A stretch of DNA of 64,000 bases from an uncultured Planctomycetales bacterium (GCA_964545575.1 CAZJFL010000001.1:69878-133877); one strand, 5' to 3'; counted from the stretch's first letter, positions 17,682 to 27,635 are shown. Numbers and translations: made by a program. Notes: a model not told the origin generated them from the letters alone.

Positions 17682-18718
17682 TTTTGCTCTCCCTTTTCAG
17701 CCAGCAGCGCATTCACTGTCTCCACCAAATTAATCTCAGCCATACAGGCCCTGGTGCATCTTCCGCAGCCGGTGCAAAAATAACGGTTGAACTTATCCAC
17801 CGGATATTTGAATTTCCGGTAATACCTGTGCCTTTGCCTGGTGTCGCGGCCTTTGCGGAAATCTTCGCCCCCGGCTACCTTGGCAAAATCATCCATCTGA
17901 CAGGAGTTCCAGATGCGGTAGCGCATCCCTTCATTAAAACTTAAACCCATTTCGTCCATGACGTCAAAGCAGTAACAGGTAGGACAAACGGTGGTGCAAT
18001 TGCCGCAGGCGACACAACGCCTGCCTACATCCTTCCAGACATCCGAATTAAAACGTTTATCGAATGCCTCGTAGACCACAGGTAAAGAAGCATTAAACTC
18101 TTCTTTAAATACTTTTTTCTTAGCCTCTCTAGCGCGTTCGAGGCTAAGCATATCTTTCTCATCCGCTTCCTTAATATAATCTAACCCATGGATGAGCTTT
18201 TCTCCTTTTTCCGAATTGATATGTAAAATAAACTTTTCGCCCAGATCCACCATCATCAAGTCATAGCCACCCCGGGGCACGTGGTTACCCATAGAAGTGC
18301 AATTAGCGAATTTATCGCAATACTCCAGGCACTCTATGCCGATGATGGTCATTTTATCTTTGCGATTCAGGTAATTCGGGTCTTCGGGGCTATCCCTGAA
18401 TACCACATCCATGCATTGGATGCCGGCGATATCGCAGGTATGCACCGCAAAAAGAATATACTCCTCGAACTCTTTGATGGCTTTAGCGGTCTTAAAAGGC
18501 TTAAGCGTAAATTTTAATAATTTTTCTTTTTGGGGAAAATAATATTTCTTGGGAGGCAGTATGGTAGGAATATATTTCAGGGTGATCTCATTTACATCTT
18601 TGACGGGCCTGAAGATAAAAAGGTTTTCTTTTTTCTTTGGCGCATAGAGCCTGGCTCTTTTCTGTAAATGCTGGAGCCATCTATTCAAGTCTTCTTTTTT
18701 TATAGTCGCATATTTCAC
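17678..18718 (-). CDS. hydB: Group 3b hydrogenase beta subunit (4Fe-4S)
   Basis: CVACGNCTTVCPTCYC, CTGCGRCTRAC. Confidence 0.9.
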   Translation of the reverse strand: MKYATIKKEDLNRWLQHLQKRARLYAPKKKENLFIFRPVKDVNEITLKYIPTILPPKKYYFPQKEKLLKFTLKPFKTAKAIKEFEEYILFAVHTCDIAGIQCMDVVFRDSPEDPNYLNRKDKMTIIGIECLEYCDKFANCTSMGNHVPRGGYDLMMVDLGEKFILHINSEKGEKLIHGLDYIKEADEKDMLSLERAREAKKKVFKEEFNASLPVVYEAFDKRFNSDVWKDVGRRCVACGNCTTVCPTCYCFDVMDEMGLSFNEGMRYRIWNSCQMDDFAKVAGGEDFRKGRDTRQRHRYYRKFKYPVDKFNRYFCTGCGRCTRACMAEINLVETVNALLAEKGEQK

Positions 18719-18733
18719 GCTGTTGCCCCCAAT

Positions 18734-18976
18734 CTATGCAAAATCCAATTTAGTAATCTCTAATTCCGGCCCGTAGGGGACCTTGGTGATTTGTATCTGG
18801 AGGCTCTCCCATTTTGTGCCGGCCGATTGTCTCCTGTAGTGCTCTTTAAAATGCTCCTGGCTGATGCCCCCGAATTCAGAAAGCGAGATATGAATCTTGC
18901 GGATTCTTCTGGAAGATAGTTTTTCTTCTTTATCCAGGTAGGCAAATATATTTTCTAAAAGGTGCGCTTCGTGCAT
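18734..18976 (-). CDS. HypA-like nickel chaperone lacking the Zn-finger
   Basis: N-terminal MHE, HypA-like N-domain and GxELxI C-terminal strand, no Cys. Confidence 0.65.
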   Translation of the reverse strand: MHEAHLLENIFAYLDKEEKLSSRRIRKIHISLSEFGGISQEHFKEHYRRQSAGTKWESLQIQITKVPYGPELEITKLDFA

Positions 18977-19056
18977 TGAGCCTTAATTAAATGGGGAATT
19001 GATATGGAATTATATGATACCATAATTCTTCAGGGGGTCAAGAAAAAAGACAGGGA

Positions 19057-19527
19057 TTAAGGAGAAGGGGGAGGCGGGGATAACCTCAACCTTACTAAAT
19101 CGCTGACTAATTTTCCGTCTGCCTGCCCGGACACCTTAGCCGTAACTTCCTTCATTACCTTACCCATATCCTTTAGGCCTTGGGCGCCCGTAGAAGCAAC
19201 CGCCTCCTCAATGATCTTCTTGATCTCTTCTTCCGGCATCTCGGGGGGTAAATAGGATTTTAAAATCGCCAGTTCCTTTGTTTCTTTATCCGCCAGATCC
19301 TGACGCCCCCCTTTGGTAAATTGCTCTATAGAATCCTGGCGCTGCTTAATCTGTTTTTTAATCACCGGGATGATTTCGGCATCATCGAGCTTTGCCTTCT
19401 TCTTAGCCGTGGCCGTATTGATCATCTCTGCGCGTAAAAAACTTAAAACCGAGCTCTTCAGCGTATCTTTTGCTTTCATCGCCTCTTTATAGTCGTTAAG
19501 GACTTTCTCTTCTAATGGCATGGCCAT
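19057..19527 (-). CDS. yqeY: GatB/YqeY domain protein
   Basis: KQRQDSIEQF, GRQDLADKE, KDMGKVM. Confidence 0.92.
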   Translation of the reverse strand: MAMPLEEKVLNDYKEAMKAKDTLKSSVLSFLRAEMINTATAKKKAKLDDAEIIPVIKKQIKQRQDSIEQFTKGGRQDLADKETKELAILKSYLPPEMPEEEIKKIIEEAVASTGAQGLKDMGKVMKEVTAKVSGQADGKLVSDLVRLRLSPPPPSP

Positions 19528-19548
19528 CTCCCTTCTCTCTGCCCAATC

Positions 19549-19681
19549 AAGGGACAGTTCTACTACTAATCGGGGGACGTTTCTCGTTCCAATCGAAGAA
19601 CTGTCCCCTTTTCCTTAACCTTGGGGACACTTCTAGCTTTGACAGAAGAAACGTCCCTGCTTCAGTAGGAGAAGCGTCCCT
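19549..19681. repeat. Cluster of REP-like GGGAC(A/G)..TTCT / AGAA..GTCCC arms
   Basis: Three forward and three reverse arms: gggacagttct, gggacgtttct, agaactgtccc, gggacacttct, agaaacgtccc, agaagcgtccc. Confidence 0.75.
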
Positions 19682-20573
19682 AAAAATAGCTTTGGAATTT
19701 TTTAAGCCTTTGTTTTAAATCTTTCATCGTCAGGCGGGCCGTCCGTTCTAGCCCGAAGCCCTCGACATTGAATGAAGCGGCAACCGTACCGTAGGCAAGC
19801 GCCCTTTTAATAGCCGCCGCATTAATTTTTTTGCTTTTGCTTAAATACCCCATAAAACCTCCGGCAAAAGTATCCCCTGCTCCGGTAGGATCGACTACTT
19901 TTTCCACCGGATAAGCCGGCAGCGAAAAAAGTACATTATTAGCGTAAAATAAAACTCCGTGCTCTCCCTTTTTTACCAGGACCATTTTCGGCCCGAGGTT
20001 ACAGAGACAACGCGCAGCCACTACTAAATTACGCTCCCCTGACAATAATCTTGCTTCCTGGTCATTGGCCACATAGATATCCACTTTTTTAAGCAATTGT
20101 AAAAGCGAGCGGCGTTTATGCTTAATCCAGTAATTCATACTATCCAAGCCCACCAGCTCCGGGGAGCGCATTCCGGACAATAAATGCCTTTGTATATCGG
20201 GATCGACGTTAGCTAAAAATATATGCTTGATCAAGCGCTCGCCTTCAGAAATAAACGGCCGGAAGCTGGAAAGCACGCCTAATTCGGTATTTAAAGTAAT
20301 TGCCGTGTTTAAATCGCCGCTATACCGGCCCTGCCAACGGAAAGTCCTGCCTCCGGCCTTAACCAGCGAATCCAAAACTAATCCTTTTCTGCGCAGTAAA
20401 CCTGTGTGTTCGGCGGGAAAATCTTCCCCGATAACCGCCACTAGATGGACGCTCGTAAACAGGCGAGCGGACATGGCAAAATGCGCGGCTGAACCTCCGA
20501 GCATCTCTCTTCTTTTGCCGGAAGGAGTCGTCACATCATCCAGGGCTACCGTACCTAATACTACTATACTCAT
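19680..20573 (-). CDS. PfkB-family carbohydrate/nucleoside kinase
   Basis: GGSA, DPTGAGDTFAGGF. Confidence 0.92.
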   Translation of the reverse strand: MSIVVLGTVALDDVTTPSGKRREMLGGSAAHFAMSARLFTSVHLVAVIGEDFPAEHTGLLRRKGLVLDSLVKAGGRTFRWQGRYSGDLNTAITLNTELGVLSSFRPFISEGERLIKHIFLANVDPDIQRHLLSGMRSPELVGLDSMNYWIKHKRRSLLQLLKKVDIYVANDQEARLLSGERNLVVAARCLCNLGPKMVLVKKGEHGVLFYANNVLFSLPAYPVEKVVDPTGAGDTFAGGFMGYLSKSKKINAAAIKRALAYGTVAASFNVEGFGLERTARLTMKDLKQRLKKFQSYF

Positions 20574-21313
20574 CTGATAAATATTAAGCTAAGCGCTGCT
20601 ACCAATACGCAATAATAGCCGAAATAATCGAGCCGGGATTTACGCAAAACTAATTTTAATAGCCAAAGCGAAAAAAGCCCAGTAATAAAACTAAAGACGA
20701 AACCCAAAGCGTAATCGCCGAATTTTCCCTGTATAGCAAAATCAATTTTTTTTGCCTCCAGGAGAGTAGCCCCGAGAATCGCCGGGATAGAAGCAAGAAA
20801 GGAAAATTTAAAACTAACTTCCCAGGTCAACCTGCGAAATAATAGCGTAGAGATAGTTATCCCTGAACGCGAAATCCCCGGGATGATAGCCAGCCCTTGA
20901 GCAAACCCTAAAAATAAAGCGTCGCTTAAACCCAACATTTCTCTGTTCGGGCGCCGGAACCTGCGTGTCAATATCAATATTACACCTGTGACCAAAAGTG
21001 CTGCAGCCGCTAGCTTAACCGAAGCAAACAGGCCTTCAAAAAAATCCTTTCCCGCTATTCCGATGACGCCGGTAATAGCTGTGACTATCAAAATAAGCAA
21101 TAGCCATTTAATATTGCGCAATAATCCTAATATATCTTTAAAAAAGAATACCGTCAGGGCAAGGACCGTCCCCAGATGAAGGACTATAGAAACAACTAAT
21201 TCTTCTCCGCTGAGGCCGAGGATTTTTTGCAGGATAACTAAGTGGGCGGAACTGCTTACCGGCAAAAACTCGGTTAACCCCTGGACTACCCCTAAAAGCG
21301 CATATTTAAGCAT
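20570..21313 (-). CDS. uppP: Undecaprenyl-diphosphate phosphatase
   Basis: QGLTEFLPVSSSAH, PGISRSG. Confidence 0.95.
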   Translation of the reverse strand: MLKYALLGVVQGLTEFLPVSSSAHLVILQKILGLSGEELVVSIVLHLGTVLALTVFFFKDILGLLRNIKWLLLILIVTAITGVIGIAGKDFFEGLFASVKLAAAALLVTGVILILTRRFRRPNREMLGLSDALFLGFAQGLAIIPGISRSGITISTLLFRRLTWEVSFKFSFLASIPAILGATLLEAKKIDFAIQGKFGDYALGFVFSFITGLFSLWLLKLVLRKSRLDYFGYYCVLVAALSLIFIR

Positions 21314-21932
21314 ATTTTTCCAGCAACCCCTTCATATCCGGCGGTAAATCCGCATGTAGCCTTATAAGCCTTTTAGTAACCGGGTGCGTCAACTCCAGCT
21401 CTTCGGCGTGGAGACAGAGCCTTTTGGCCTTAACCGTAAAATCCCTCCGGAAAGCATATTTGGTCTCGCCTAATATCGGGTGGCCGATCGCTTTAAAATG
21501 TATCCTTATCTGATTGGTGCGGCCGGTAGAGGGATAGGCTTTCACCAGGCAAAAACCGCCCATTTTTTTTACCAGCCGGTATTTTGTCAAGGCGTTCATT
21601 CCCTCAATAGGAAACTTTATTTCCGCGCAGACTTCTCTTAATATGCCGCGCACAAAAGCCAGATAAGTCTTTTTTATCTCTTTGCCTTTAAAAAGCGCCA
21701 TCATTTTTTTCTGGACGGATTTCCCCTTGGCATAAATGATTAACCCCGAAGTCTCCCGGTCAAGGCGATGGCAGGGATGCAGGCGGTAGGAAACTCCTTT
21801 ACTCTGGAGCTCATCATTGAGTATACTTGTTAATGTGCGTCTTTCGTTTTTTGGTGTGGGTATCGTCAATAATCCCGAAGGCTTGTCTACTACTAACAAC
21901 CAGTCATCTTCGTAAATAACAGGTATGTTCAT
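21306..21932 (-). CDS. RluA-family pseudouridine synthase
   Basis: VDKPSGL, HRLDRETSG, GRTNQIR. Confidence 0.93.
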   Translation of the reverse strand: MNIPVIYEDDWLLVVDKPSGLLTIPTPKNERRTLTSILNDELQSKGVSYRLHPCHRLDRETSGLIIYAKGKSVQKKMMALFKGKEIKKTYLAFVRGILREVCAEIKFPIEGMNALTKYRLVKKMGGFCLVKAYPSTGRTNQIRIHFKAIGHPILGETKYAFRRDFTVKAKRLCLHAEELELTHPVTKRLIRLHADLPPDMKGLLEKYA

Positions 21933-22906
21933 TATATAATTTCCAACATCCTGTCTATTGCTTTTCTGGCGCGCTGGCGTATCTGGTCAGAAATCCTCAC
22001 TTCCTCTTTAAGTTCTTCCAGCGCCCAAAGAATCTTCTCCTGGGTGGTGCGTTTCATATTCGGGCAAATCGCCCGTTCCGAAGCCGGATAAAACTCTTTG
22101 GCGGAATTGTCCTCTTTAAGCCGGTAAAGCAAACCCACTTCTGTGCCGACAATAAACTCTTTAGCCTCGGTTTCTTTGGCGAATTTACCCATCTGGCTGG
22201 TGGATAACGCCGCATCCGCCATCGCCACCACCTGCGGCAGGCATTCAGGGTGCACCATCACCTTGGCAAAGGGATGAAATTTCTTTTCTCTTTTAATGTC
22301 TTCGGGAAGAATCTTGATGTGGGTAGGGCAAAAACCGTTCCAGGAGATAAGCTTCCTGCCGGTCTTTTTAGAGACATAATCGGCAAGGTATTTATCCGGC
22401 ACAAAAATAATCTCTTCTCTTCCGCCAAAGACGGATCCCTGCCCGTCCGGCAGGCGGGCGCCTACGGCGGAATCTTTTATTATTGCATTCACCACTGCGA
22501 CCGCATTTGTCGAGGTGCAGCAGACATCCAGCTCCGCCTTTACCTCTGCCGAAGTATTCACGTAACCTACTGCTACGGCCTGGGGATGTTCTTTTTTTAG
22601 ATTCCTTAAGTCCTGGGCTGTAATCATATCGGCCATCGGACAACCAGCATTGACGTCGGGCATCAGTACTAATTTATCCGGACAAAGTATGGAAGCGGTC
22701 TCAGCCATAAAATGCACTCCGCAAAAGACGATCACCCGGGCCGTGGTTTTAGCGGCAATACGGCTTAATTCCAGGGAATCGCCCCGGTAGTCCGCGACAT
22801 CCTGAACCTCCGGCAGCTGATAGTTGTGCGCCAGGATTACGGCATTGCGTTTTTTCTTTAATTCGGAGATCTTTTTCTCTAAGCTATCCTTGACTTTCTT
22901 ATCCAT
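21932..22906 (-). CDS. nadA: Quinolinate synthase A (with 17-aa insertion)
   Basis: ILAHNYQ, GDSLELS, GCPMA, YVNTSA, HPEC, CPNM. Confidence 0.96.
   Translation of the reverse strand: MDKKVKDSLEKKISELKKKRNAVILAHNYQLPEVQDVADYRGDSLELSRIAAKTTARVIVFCGVHFMAETASILCPDKLVLMPDVNAGCPMADMITAQDLRNLKKEHPQAVAVGYVNTSAEVKAELDVCCTSTNAVAVVNAIIKDSAVGARLPDGQGSVFGGREEIIFVPDKYLADYVSKKTGRKLISWNGFCPTHIKILPEDIKREKKFHPFAKVMVHPECLPQVVAMADAALSTSQMGKFAKETEAKEFIVGTEVGLLYRLKEDNSAKEFYPASERAICPNMKRTTQEKILWALEELKEEVRISDQIRQRARKAIDRMLEII
22421..22471. repeat. Nested palindromic element inserted in frame in nadA
   Basis: TCCGCCAAAGACGGATC[CCTGCCCGTCCGGCAGGCGGG]CGCCTACGGCGGA, 51 bp = 17 codons. Confidence 0.75.
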
Positions 22907-22918
22907 TATCTTGCTCCT

Positions 22919-24001
22919 TTAAGCTATTATCCTGTCAATGATTCCTCCGCCTATCGCCGTATCCCGGGAATAGAATACCGCGGATTGGCCCGGAGTAACC
23001 GCAAACTGCGGTTTTTTAAAGTTGACCTTTATTTTTCCTCTGCAAGGCATCAGTTCTGCTTGCGCTTCCCTGTGATTATATCGTATTCTCACCCTAAGGA
23101 CAACTTTCTTTTTTGGGGGGCAAGCGGTAAAATGCACCTTCTTTACCAGAAACCGGCGCGCAAATACGTCTTCTTTTTTACCCAGGATTATCTGGATTTT
23201 ACGGGGATCGATTCGCAAGACATATAGGGGATACCCCATAGCCACGCCTAAACCTTGGCGCTGGCCGATAGTATAAAATGCAACCCCTTTATGCTCGCCT
23301 AAAACATTACCCTGCCTATCGGTAATTAAACCCGGCTTTATTTTGCCGATGCGCCCTTTTAAGAACTTCCGATAACCTGTTTCCGGTAAAAAGCAGATCT
23401 CCTGGCTGGCTACTTTATCCGCTACCGGCAGAGCAAAGTCTCTAGCCAGGCGGCGCACCTGGTCTTTGGTATAATCTCCCAAAGGAAAAAGAATATGCCT
23501 AAGCTGATGCTGATTTAGGCGGTATAAGAAATACGACTGATCTTTATTTTTGTCTTTGGCTTTCTTCAGTAAATATCTCTGAACTCTGAACCCTGAACCC
23601 TGAACTTTAACCACGCGCGCATAATGTCCGGTAGCAAGATACTGCGCACCTAACGATAGAGCCTTCTTTAATAAAATATCAAACTTGAGAAACTGATTGC
23701 ATCTGACGCAAGGATTAGGAGTCCTGCCGCTGGCATATTCCCGGCAAAAATCTTTAATTACTTTCTCTTCCAGGGATTTCTGCATATTTATTACATAGTG
23801 TTTAATTCCTAACTTGTGCGCTACTCGCCTGGCATCCTCTATACCCTGTATGCCGCAGCAGCGCGGTTTTTTGCTGGCAACATCAGGCAGATTAAAACAC
23901 ATGGTGATACCGATAACCTCATAGCCGCGTTTTTTTAACAAGGCGGCGGCTACCGAGGAATCGACCCCCCCGCTCATCGCGACAACTACCCGTTTTTTCA
24001 T
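22919..24001 (-). CDS. mnmA: tRNA 2-thiouridine(34) synthase
   Basis: AMSGGVDSS, TPNPCVRCN, ATGHYA, KDQSYFL, SQEICF, PGQ. Confidence 0.97.
   Translation of the reverse strand: MKKRVVVAMSGGVDSSVAAALLKKRGYEVIGITMCFNLPDVASKKPRCCGIQGIEDARRVAHKLGIKHYVINMQKSLEEKVIKDFCREYASGRTPNPCVRCNQFLKFDILLKKALSLGAQYLATGHYARVVKVQGSGFRVQRYLLKKAKDKNKDQSYFLYRLNQHQLRHILFPLGDYTKDQVRRLARDFALPVADKVASQEICFLPETGYRKFLKGRIGKIKPGLITDRQGNVLGEHKGVAFYTIGQRQGLGVAMGYPLYVLRIDPRKIQIILGKKEDVFARRFLVKKVHFTACPPKKKVVLRVRIRYNHREAQAELMPCRGKIKVNFKKPQFAVTPGQSAVFYSRDTAIGGGIIDRIIA
23579..23606. repeat. Heptamer array (CTGAACY)x4 inside mnmA
   Basis: ctgaact ctgaacc ctgaacc ctgaact; encodes VQGSGFRVQ. Confidence 0.85.
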
Positions 24002-25836
24002 CTTTCAATCTTTACTTCGGTTAACCCACGCACGGAATTACACAAGAATATCTTGTCGGCTTTTAATAAATCTTTCCGGAATATCATTTTTTCTTGCGCT
24101 CTATGTTTCTTGATAAAATATTGGCGGAAGATCCCCGGCAAGATCCCGCTCGATACCGGCGGAGTATAATATTTTTTATTTTTTTCGATGATTATATTCG
24201 AAATTGCCCCTTCCGCCACTTCGCCTCTGGTGTTCAGGAAAATTACGTCGAAATAACCCTTCTCTAGATAACAGAGGTGTTGCGAGTCGTAGAGGTTGCG
24301 GTTAGTTGTTTTATGATAACAGAACGGGTTTTGCGGGTCAATTTTATAATCAGAGATAGCGGCGTATTTTATGCCGGCCTCCCGGGGAAGTCGGGAGTAT
24401 TCCGCTTTTAAAGTGCCCTTTCTATCTAACAACAAACGCAGCTTATAGCGGCTGCCGCTTTGAAATTTGTTTTTTAAAGCCCCCAGCGCTTGTTTTATTC
24501 TTGCGCGGTCAAAACAAAAACCAAAGTATTGGGCCGAACGCTCCATTCTTTTTAAATGCTCCTCTAGGAATTTATATTCCCCGTCCCAGAGAATAGTTTC
24601 TAATAAACAAAAGTCCTCGTATCTATCGGTAAGAAACTTGGCTTTGAGGATACACTCTCTAAACTCGCGATGAGCCTCTGAATCATAAACTATACCGCTG
24701 CCTATGCCCATCTCTCCTTTATTTTTAACCAGAGAGATAGTCCTGATCGGCAAATTAAATATTGCTTTTCCCTTAGGAAAAATGATCCCCAATGCCCCGC
24801 AGTAGATATTGCGCGGCCCCTTCTCTAATTCTTTGATGATCTGCATGCTTTTTATTTTAGGCGCGCCCGTGACCGAGCCGCCGGGAAACATGCTTTTAAA
24901 TATATCAAAATAACTCGTCCCTCTTCTTAAAGTAGCCCGCACTTCGGAAGTCATCTGAAACAAGGTATTGTATTTCTCGATATTAAACAAAGCGGTTGCC
25001 TTTACGCTATCCGCCCGGGCAATACGGCCTAGATCATTGCGGATCAAATCTACGATCATGATGTTCTCTGCTAAATCCTTACTGCTGTTTTTTAATTTCA
25101 GCGCCTGCTCTTTATCTTCTTTGATATCCCGGCCCCTGCCGATGGTGCCTTTCATCGGACAAGAATATATGCTGCGGCCGTTTCTTTTAAAGAACAATTC
25201 CGGAGAAAAAGACAATACGTATTCGTCTTTAAACTTACAGAATGCGCTGTAAGGGACGTTTTGCCGGTTTTTTAGACTCTCGTAAAAAGAGAATGCCGAG
25301 CCAGAGAAACGAAAGCGGTATTTTCCGGTAAAGTTTATCTGGTAGGTATCGCCGCGCCTGATATATTCCTTTATGCGCCGGATTCTCCCCGTATATTCCT
25401 TTTCATTAAAATCGAACTTTAAGCTTCCTGCCGAGAAATCTTCCTGCTTGCTTTTCGTTGCAAAAATACCCGGGAGATGCCCGCTTAGTTTTCCGGTTTT
25501 ATGATTAAAAGAAGCGGCCTGATCAAAAACAGCGATCTGTATCAGGGGAAAAGGCGCGGATTCCTTAAAGCCGAATTGCTTATTCTCAAAATAATACCCC
25601 AGTTCATAAGAAAAATATCCGGCCAAAAAATATTTTTGTGCGTAATATTCTATCCGGCTAAAAGCTTTTTCTATATCGGCGTAACGGTTTATTTTAATTA
25701 TTTTAAGCGGATGGGTAAAAATATAACTGGAGGAATTATCTTTATCAAAGAGGGTGGTTTCAAAAAGAAAAAAATAATCCTGCTGCTTAATATATCCGGG
25801 GTCCAGGGACGGTAGGGAAAAATATTTTCTCGTCAT
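23998..25836 (-). CDS. pabB: Fused aminodeoxychorismate synthase component I / ADC lyase (PabB-PabC)
   Basis: SPELF, PMKGT, AENIMIVDL, FPGGSVTGAPK; class IV aminotransferase C-terminus (HKTT, EGAISN, NSVRG). Confidence 0.9.
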   Translation of the reverse strand: MTRKYFSLPSLDPGYIKQQDYFFLFETTLFDKDNSSSYIFTHPLKIIKINRYADIEKAFSRIEYYAQKYFLAGYFSYELGYYFENKQFGFKESAPFPLIQIAVFDQAASFNHKTGKLSGHLPGIFATKSKQEDFSAGSLKFDFNEKEYTGRIRRIKEYIRRGDTYQINFTGKYRFRFSGSAFSFYESLKNRQNVPYSAFCKFKDEYVLSFSPELFFKRNGRSIYSCPMKGTIGRGRDIKEDKEQALKLKNSSKDLAENIMIVDLIRNDLGRIARADSVKATALFNIEKYNTLFQMTSEVRATLRRGTSYFDIFKSMFPGGSVTGAPKIKSMQIIKELEKGPRNIYCGALGIIFPKGKAIFNLPIRTISLVKNKGEMGIGSGIVYDSEAHREFRECILKAKFLTDRYEDFCLLETILWDGEYKFLEEHLKRMERSAQYFGFCFDRARIKQALGALKNKFQSGSRYKLRLLLDRKGTLKAEYSRLPREAGIKYAAISDYKIDPQNPFCYHKTTNRNLYDSQHLCYLEKGYFDVIFLNTRGEVAEGAISNIIIEKNKKYYTPPVSSGILPGIFRQYFIKKHRAQEKMIFRKDLLKADKIFLCNSVRGLTEVKIER

Positions 25837-25844
25837 GCTTTAGG

Positions 25845-27629
25845 TTACCACTGGCATCTGATACCCCCCTCGATGGCCCTTCCCGGCTGAGGGATGCCTG
25901 CTATTTCTTCATATTTTACACCGAGGAGGTTGGTAATGTCCAAGAAAATCTGGCCATTCCGATGGATTTTATAAGCGAAATGGCTGTTTAAAATAAACCA
26001 CCCGCCGCGGCCGGGCCTCTCTTTGTAGGTTAATGTCAAACCTTGAATCCCGCAGGGCAGATTAAAGTCTACCATAGCATTGGCCAGGTGGCGAGAATAA
26101 TTCCGTCCATATTTGTATAGGTAGCCGCGGGTATCAGCCTGCTTATTAATATAGGTATAGTTGCAAGACATCTTGATATATTTATTAAATTGCCAGCTAA
26201 AATAGTTTTCTAAACCCAGGACCCCGGTATCGCTTATGTTTTCAGCCTGCCATTTTGCTTGCAGGGGGCTACGCTTTATCCAGTCAATTACATCTATTGC
26301 TTCCCGGAAGAAAAAAGCTGTGCCTAAGGAAAAACCGTCTTTCTTATAGTCATAGCCTAACTGATAATTAACCGATTCCTCTACGCTAAGATTACGGTTT
26401 CCTGCGGTAGTAGGGTCGTTATAATAGAGTTCGGTAAAGGTAGGGATGCGGATACTTCTGGCTATACCCAAAGTTAAACCACTGGCTCCCCCGACTTTAT
26501 ATTTTAAATTTAGTGCGCCGGTATAAGCGGTGTTGAAACCCTCAAAATTATCCATCCGCAAGGACCCGGCCAGAGAAAACCTCTGATTGATATCTTTGTT
26601 GTCGTCAAAAAAGATGCTTTCGTGATTACGATAGTGCTTGCCTAAGTTAGTGGAATGGATCTCTTCCCTGCCGTACTCAAAGCCCAGGCCCGCTCTCCCC
26701 AGAAAGCCGGTTTGTTTCTGGAAATAAATATTAGGGGTATAGATATCGGTGCGGTGCTGATTAAGATAACGGCTGCGCACTTCTGTTTTATCGAGCATAA
26801 ACTTATCGTAATGCCGGCGCCATAAAAAATTCGGCTTGATGATTAACCCTTCATTTTCAGAAAGCAAGCCCGCCTCCAAAAGATAAGTCTTGGTCCATTC
26901 TTCTGAAGGGTATCCTAAGCCCGGGGTATAAAAATCAAATGCCCCGAACTCCTTATCCTGATAGCCAAAGTCTAAATTAACTGCGCCGCATGGCACATCC
27001 AGCGAAGAGCTGAAAGTGGCGGTATATTTTTTAAAATCCGTATCGTAATGAAACCCGTCTGATTGCGCATATTCGGAGGAAACACGGAAACTTAAGTCTT
27101 TTATTTTCTCCGTAAAGCTGAATAGCCCGGCCTTGGTATCAAAAGAGCCGTAGCTACCTTCTAAAATTAGCTCTTTCTGTTGCGGTTTTTTAGTCAGGAA
27201 ATTGATTGCTCCGCCGATGGCGTCAGGCCCGAATAGTGAAGAACTAATGCCGGGGATCAAATCAATTCTTGCAATATCCGCTTTGGTTAAGGGAATGTCT
27301 GAATTATGATGCCCTGTCTGGGGGTCGTTGATACGCTGGCCATCGATAAGGACTAAAACTCCCTGAAAGGTTGAACCCCTCAGGGAAAAATCTGTCTGGA
27401 TGCCTTCGCGGAGAGAACGGCTCTGTAGGTCTAGCGGCAGGAGAGACAAAGATTCTATTGGCGAGGCATAAAAATCTTCTACTTTCAGGGTAAAGGTATG
27501 CGAAAAATAAGCCTTTTCCTTTGCCACCACTATGCGCTCTAAATCCCGGGGCGGAATTTGGGCGCCATAGGCAAGGCCGGGCAAGATAAGAAAAATAAAA
27601 AATAAACCGCACCAATTTATCTTTGCCAT
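25845..27629 (-). CDS. TonB-dependent outer-membrane receptor
   Basis: Signal peptide, plug motif VLVLIDG...SSLFGPDAIGGAINF, beta-barrel, C-terminal W. Confidence 0.85.
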   Translation of the reverse strand: MAKINWCGLFFIFLILPGLAYGAQIPPRDLERIVVAKEKAYFSHTFTLKVEDFYASPIESLSLLPLDLQSRSLREGIQTDFSLRGSTFQGVLVLIDGQRINDPQTGHHNSDIPLTKADIARIDLIPGISSSLFGPDAIGGAINFLTKKPQQKELILEGSYGSFDTKAGLFSFTEKIKDLSFRVSSEYAQSDGFHYDTDFKKYTATFSSSLDVPCGAVNLDFGYQDKEFGAFDFYTPGLGYPSEEWTKTYLLEAGLLSENEGLIIKPNFLWRRHYDKFMLDKTEVRSRYLNQHRTDIYTPNIYFQKQTGFLGRAGLGFEYGREEIHSTNLGKHYRNHESIFFDDNKDINQRFSLAGSLRMDNFEGFNTAYTGALNLKYKVGGASGLTLGIARSIRIPTFTELYYNDPTTAGNRNLSVEESVNYQLGYDYKKDGFSLGTAFFFREAIDVIDWIKRSPLQAKWQAENISDTGVLGLENYFSWQFNKYIKMSCNYTYINKQADTRGYLYKYGRNYSRHLANAMVDFNLPCGIQGLTLTYKERPGRGGWFILNSHFAYKIHRNGQIFLDITNLLGVKYEEIAGIPQPGRAIEGGIRCQW

Positions 27630-27635
27630 AAAGGC

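Noticed and set aside
14734-18718. Selenocysteine-containing hydrogenase
   Set aside because: L2 motif is DPCISC with Cys codons; no in-frame TGA is needed.
19549-19681. CRISPR array
   Set aside because: Arms are 11-12 bp, alternate in orientation and are irregularly spaced.
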